A DNA stretch of 16,000 bases, taken from assembly GCF_007747445.1 (NCBI RefSeq), contig NZ_CP036425.1:1084175-1100174 (forward strand), in the 5' to 3' direction. Of this stretch, positions 13,004 through 16,000 are shown one piece after another. The notes beneath the pieces were generated by a model, which was given only the letters and a program-made list of their open reading frames with translations, made no database searches and was not told the origin of the DNA. Made by a program: the position numbers and the translations under genes. The stretch's first letter is position 1. Every line of letters starts with the position of its first letter. This DNA comes from Poriferisphaera corsica (GTDB taxonomy: Bacteria > Planctomycetota > Phycisphaerae > Phycisphaerales > Phycisphaeraceae).

Positions 13004-15856
13004 ATGAAGCGAAAAAATGGTCAGTTGGTGTCAAAGTTTTGGCGGTGCGTGCTGTGTGTTTTGATCGGTATGTTGTTAGGTGTGAAGGGTTGGTCGGCGG
13101 AGTTTGATGAGGGATTGGTCGAGCCGATGGCAATGAATGGGGAGGTGTTGGAAAGCTATACGCACGGGTTGGGAGATTATCATCTTGCGTACTTATTTTC
13201 ATCAGAGGCGGATCAATCAGAGGTTGTAAAAGAACGAAAGGCAGTTGAAGCTAGGATTCGGTTTGATGATTACATTCGACGCGCACGGCAGGCAGCTGAG
13301 ACTAATCAGGCGTTAGCGAATCGGTTGCAGGATTTGGGACTTGAAGCGTTGGATGAGGTACAGCGATCTTATCGTGAGATGGTTGAGGCGTTTGGGAATT
13401 CGCCACGGCGGCCGATATGGCTGACGAATATGGCGGAGTTGAAGTTACAGCAGATTTTGCAGATCAAGTATGGCTTTGCATCGGAGTCGTGCCGATATGG
13501 TGTGCCAACGCGTGTGCAGGAAATTGCATATGCAGAGGTGGTGCGTGAGGCGTTTTTTTTATTAGCAGAGGCAGATGCGAGTTTATATAAGCTGCAGACG
13601 CGATTGCCGCGATCGCCGGGTTTTGCAGCGTTGAAGACGCGAGGGTTGCCGGGGATGTTGTTTGATGAGTATGCGGCAAAACGTGTGCCGTTCTATCTTG
13701 GGATTGCGTCGATTTATGTAGCGACATTGCCGGCTGATGATATCTATTTTACAGGTGAATATGACAAGACGAATAGTTTGCTGATACGTAAGGAAACGAT
13801 TGAGGCAGAGCGGAAACGGTTGCTGGGAATTGGATTGGGGCGTTTGGATGGTTTTGTAACAGATCAGGGGGATGTGGCGGGTGTTCGATTTTCGGCGATG
13901 TTGCATGCATCTTATGCGCTATTTATGCGTGAAGAATATCAATCATCGATTCAGTTGTTGCAGCCACTGCTTAGATCGCAGCGACGTGATTTGACGACTT
14001 TGGGGGCGCAAATGTTATACGCACATGCGCTGGCAAAGAGTGATGTGCGGACGGCATTGGGTGAATTGAGGCGGTTGCAGGGATCACATCCGATTGTGAT
14101 TCAGTCGCCCATCTTTAAGTTGATGGTTGTTGATGCAATGTTTCGCGTGCAGGTTGATAATCTTGAACAGTTGCGTCGCGGACAGGATGGTGAATCTGCG
14201 CTTGGGCAAGCATTCAATGTGTATTATGAATTGATTGAAAGCCCGTCGTTGAGTGAGATGGAGCGGCAACAGATTAGTTACATGGTTGCGCAACGTTTTG
14301 AACGATTGGTGGCTTATGTTGATGATGTAAATCAGATGCCTGCACGCGTGCGGATGTTAATGACCGATTATGGTTTACAGCAGATGCAGGAAGCGATTGC
14401 GCGTGGTGAGCAAAATGTCGAGGGGAGTGAGCTGAACCGGTATTACCGATTGATACTGGATTTGGCGAAATCTTTGGATGAGGTTGATGTGGAGCCTGAG
14501 GTGAGGGCAAGAGTGGGATATAATGCGGCAATAGCGATGTATTTGCCAGATAAGCAATCGATGGAAAATTTGCAGGAGGTGGCAAATATTCTGGCGGAGC
14601 TAGCAAAGAAATTTCCGCAGCAATCAGTGTCTGTGAAGGCGATCACTTTTGCGACGGAAACGTTGCAACATCTTCATCAGAAATATCCGGATGTTGGTCG
14701 TATTGGTGATGATTATGCGGATGCGGCAGAGACGTTATTTAATGCATTTTCTGTCTCGAAAGCTGCAGACAATCAGCGTGTTTATTATGCGTTTTATCTG
14801 TTGCAGGGTAAAGGGCAATATGCTGCTGCGGCGGGGCATTACAAGCTTGTGCCGTTTGATCATCCTCAGTATTACGATGCCCAGCGTGAACTGATGTTTT
14901 GCTATGATGCACAGATTTCTCTGAAGCAGCAGGCAAATCAAAACTTTGATATTTTACTTGAGGCGATGAATGCGGATGCGAGGCGGATATTACGTGAGGT
15001 ATCGAAGGAAGATAAAAATATTGCGGAACGATCTGGGAAAGCGCAGATTGCTGAAGCGGTGACGGTGATGTTGCAAGCGGCAGGAATGGAGATGCGGGGA
15101 GCTTATGCGGATGCAGTCGCGTTGCTGGACGAGTCGGATGTAGATTTTGAGGCTTATTCAAACTTGTTACCCCGTGTACTGCAGGTGAGGATTAGCGCTT
15201 TGATTGGATTGCAGCAGTTGTCAGAGGCGGCGGCTTTATCGAAGACGTTTATGCAAGCGAGGCCGGAGCTGGCAGCGGCAACGATTGATCAGTTGCTGAA
15301 GCAGATCAATCGGCGATTTGATGTCGTGTTGAATCCATTGAATGAGTTGTTGCCACATGAGCGATTAAAGAAAGAAGCGCAGGCAGTTTTGACGTTGGCT
15401 GAAACGTTTCAGGTTGCGAATGAGGATGGTTTGATACAGCCGGGGTTGGATGATGAGTACTTGGCGAATATGGACATTATTAAATCGCGGGCGTATCGCG
15501 TTCTGGGGAGACCACAGGAGGCTGTGGATTTGCTTGGGCCTCAGACTGTGAAGTTTGGTGATGTGCTTGAATTGATTATGGCATATGGGGATGCTAATTA
15601 TGATTTAGGCACAAGTGAATCATTGGAAAGAGCACGTGTGCAGTATCGTATGGTGATGGGTTCTTATACTGAGAAACCATATCCCGAGGTGTATTACCAT
15701 GCATGGTTGAATTACTTGAAGGCGTGTATTGAGGGAGATGTGCAAGTTGAGGACGTGCCGTTGTATGTGGGGCAGCTGCGTATGCGTGATAGTGAGTTAG
15801 GTGGCGAGGTGTTTAAGAAAGCATTCGACGATTTGATTGAGCGGGTTAATCAATAG
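13004..15856 (+). CDS. Large (950 aa) secreted or membrane-anchored all-helical, TPR-like repeat protein of unknown function
   Basis: N-terminal signal/anchor KFWRCVLCVLIGMLLGVKGWSA-EF. The remainder is helical-repeat-like, with recurrent A/Y/L-spaced segments such as YAAAAGHYKLV, YADAVALLDES and EAVDLLGPQ...AYGDANYDLG. It begins 46 nt after exbD2 and shares the G/T-ending codon usage of the operon. No catalytic motif was recognised. Confidence 0.8.
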   Translation: MKRKNGQLVSKFWRCVLCVLIGMLLGVKGWSAEFDEGLVEPMAMNGEVLESYTHGLGDYHLAYLFSSEADQSEVVKERKAVEARIRFDDYIRRARQAAETNQALANRLQDLGLEALDEVQRSYREMVEAFGNSPRRPIWLTNMAELKLQQILQIKYGFASESCRYGVPTRVQEIAYAEVVREAFFLLAEADASLYKLQTRLPRSPGFAALKTRGLPGMLFDEYAAKRVPFYLGIASIYVATLPADDIYFTGEYDKTNSLLIRKETIEAERKRLLGIGLGRLDGFVTDQGDVAGVRFSAMLHASYALFMREEYQSSIQLLQPLLRSQRRDLTTLGAQMLYAHALAKSDVRTALGELRRLQGSHPIVIQSPIFKLMVVDAMFRVQVDNLEQLRRGQDGESALGQAFNVYYELIESPSLSEMERQQISYMVAQRFERLVAYVDDVNQMPARVRMLMTDYGLQQMQEAIARGEQNVEGSELNRYYRLILDLAKSLDEVDVEPEVRARVGYNAAIAMYLPDKQSMENLQEVANILAELAKKFPQQSVSVKAITFATETLQHLHQKYPDVGRIGDDYADAAETLFNAFSVSKAADNQRVYYAFYLLQGKGQYAAAAGHYKLVPFDHPQYYDAQRELMFCYDAQISLKQQANQNFDILLEAMNADARRILREVSKEDKNIAERSGKAQIAEAVTVMLQAAGMEMRGAYADAVALLDESDVDFEAYSNLLPRVLQVRISALIGLQQLSEAAALSKTFMQARPELAAATIDQLLKQINRRFDVVLNPLNELLPHERLKKEAQAVLTLAETFQVANEDGLIQPGLDDEYLANMDIIKSRAYRVLGRPQEAVDLLGPQTVKFGDVLELIMAYGDANYDLGTSESLERARVQYRMVMGSYTEKPYPEVYYHAWLNYLKACIEGDVQVEDVPLYVGQLRMRDSELGGEVFKKAFDDLIERVNQ

Positions 15857-15879
15857 GGCGATGTGTTTGTGGTGGTAAT

Positions 15880-16000
15880 TTAGAGAGTGATGGCCACTTT
15901 AACGTGGCCTGTACCGGAAATGGGGATCATGCCGAGATCAGCAGCTTCATCGTTGCCGGTAATGGTGATGCTAGGTTCGAGGGGAGTTGCGCGACGTATT
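15880..16000 (-). CDS. 3' end of an unidentified CDS entering from the right edge (...NDEAADLGMIPISGTGHVKVAITL*)
   Basis: Minus-strand frame is open for all 39 codons from the window edge to the TAA at 15882..15880 (checked triplet by triplet). Codons (CTC x3, ATC x3, GGC, ACC) fit the minus-strand C-ending pattern. It converges on the repeat-protein gene with a 23-nt gap. Confidence 0.35.
   Translation of the reverse strand, partial: IRRATPLEPSITITGNDEAADLGMIPISGTGHVKVAITL

Noticed and set aside
9252-15856. Interpretation as a Bat (Bacteroides aerotolerance)-type vWA/TPR operon.
   Set aside because: Bat loci are defined by MoxR AAA+ ATPase, DUF58 and paired BatA/BatB vWA proteins. None of these is present here, and an ExbBD motor is not part of Bat operons.
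1-16000. Scan for CRISPR arrays, tRNA/rRNA/tmRNA genes, IS elements, integrases and inverted terminal repeats.
   Set aside because: No regularly spaced direct repeats, no tRNA-like T-arm/acceptor patterns outside coding regions, and no transposase- or recombinase-like ORFs were seen. The only repeats are the short microsatellites and terminator copies reported above.

Overview
This is a 16 kb chromosomal window with no rRNA, tRNA, CRISPR array, transposase or integrase. The domain types present (a PSCyt1 'planctomycete cytochrome c' domain, Gfo/Idh/MocA, ExbB/ExbD without TonB) suggest a Planctomycetota/PVC-type bacterium; this is inference only.

Positions 1-9022 are all minus-strand. They hold the start of an unidentified gene, then a low-GC single-gene cassette encoding a 159-aa HEPN-like (Rx4H) protein, bracketed by two near-identical terminator hairpins. 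Next come a tightly coupled rpmF-plsX-fabH operon and a two-component Na+/solute symporter (DUF4212 small subunit plus a VC_2705/ActP-like large subunit). These are followed by a cytochrome b562-like periplasmic protein, a PSCyt1(CxxCH)-DUF2231 membrane protein and a Gfo/Idh/MocA oxidoreductase.

Positions 9252-15856 are all plus-strand. They encode a membrane-anchored vWA (MIDAS) protein, an ExbB-like proton channel with a roughly 150-aa Gln-rich tail, two ExbD paralogues and a 950-aa secreted helical-repeat protein. A minus-strand gene then enters from the right edge.

The best candidate for an undescribed system is the vWA/ExbB/ExbD/ExbD/helical-repeat module. The TM helix of the vWA protein looks like the TonB/TolA 'SxxxH' energy-coupling anchor, which suggests a PMF-energised vWA effector in place of a TonB C-terminal domain.

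Second is the orphan HEPN-like cassette, which looks horizontally acquired.

A window-wide signal is an extreme physical-strand composition bias. The plus strand is G/T-rich whatever the gene orientation, so minus-strand genes use C/A-ending codons and plus-strand genes use G/T-ending codons. The HEPN cassette is the only gene that does not follow this pattern.

All functional calls come from motif recognition by eye; no database search was possible.
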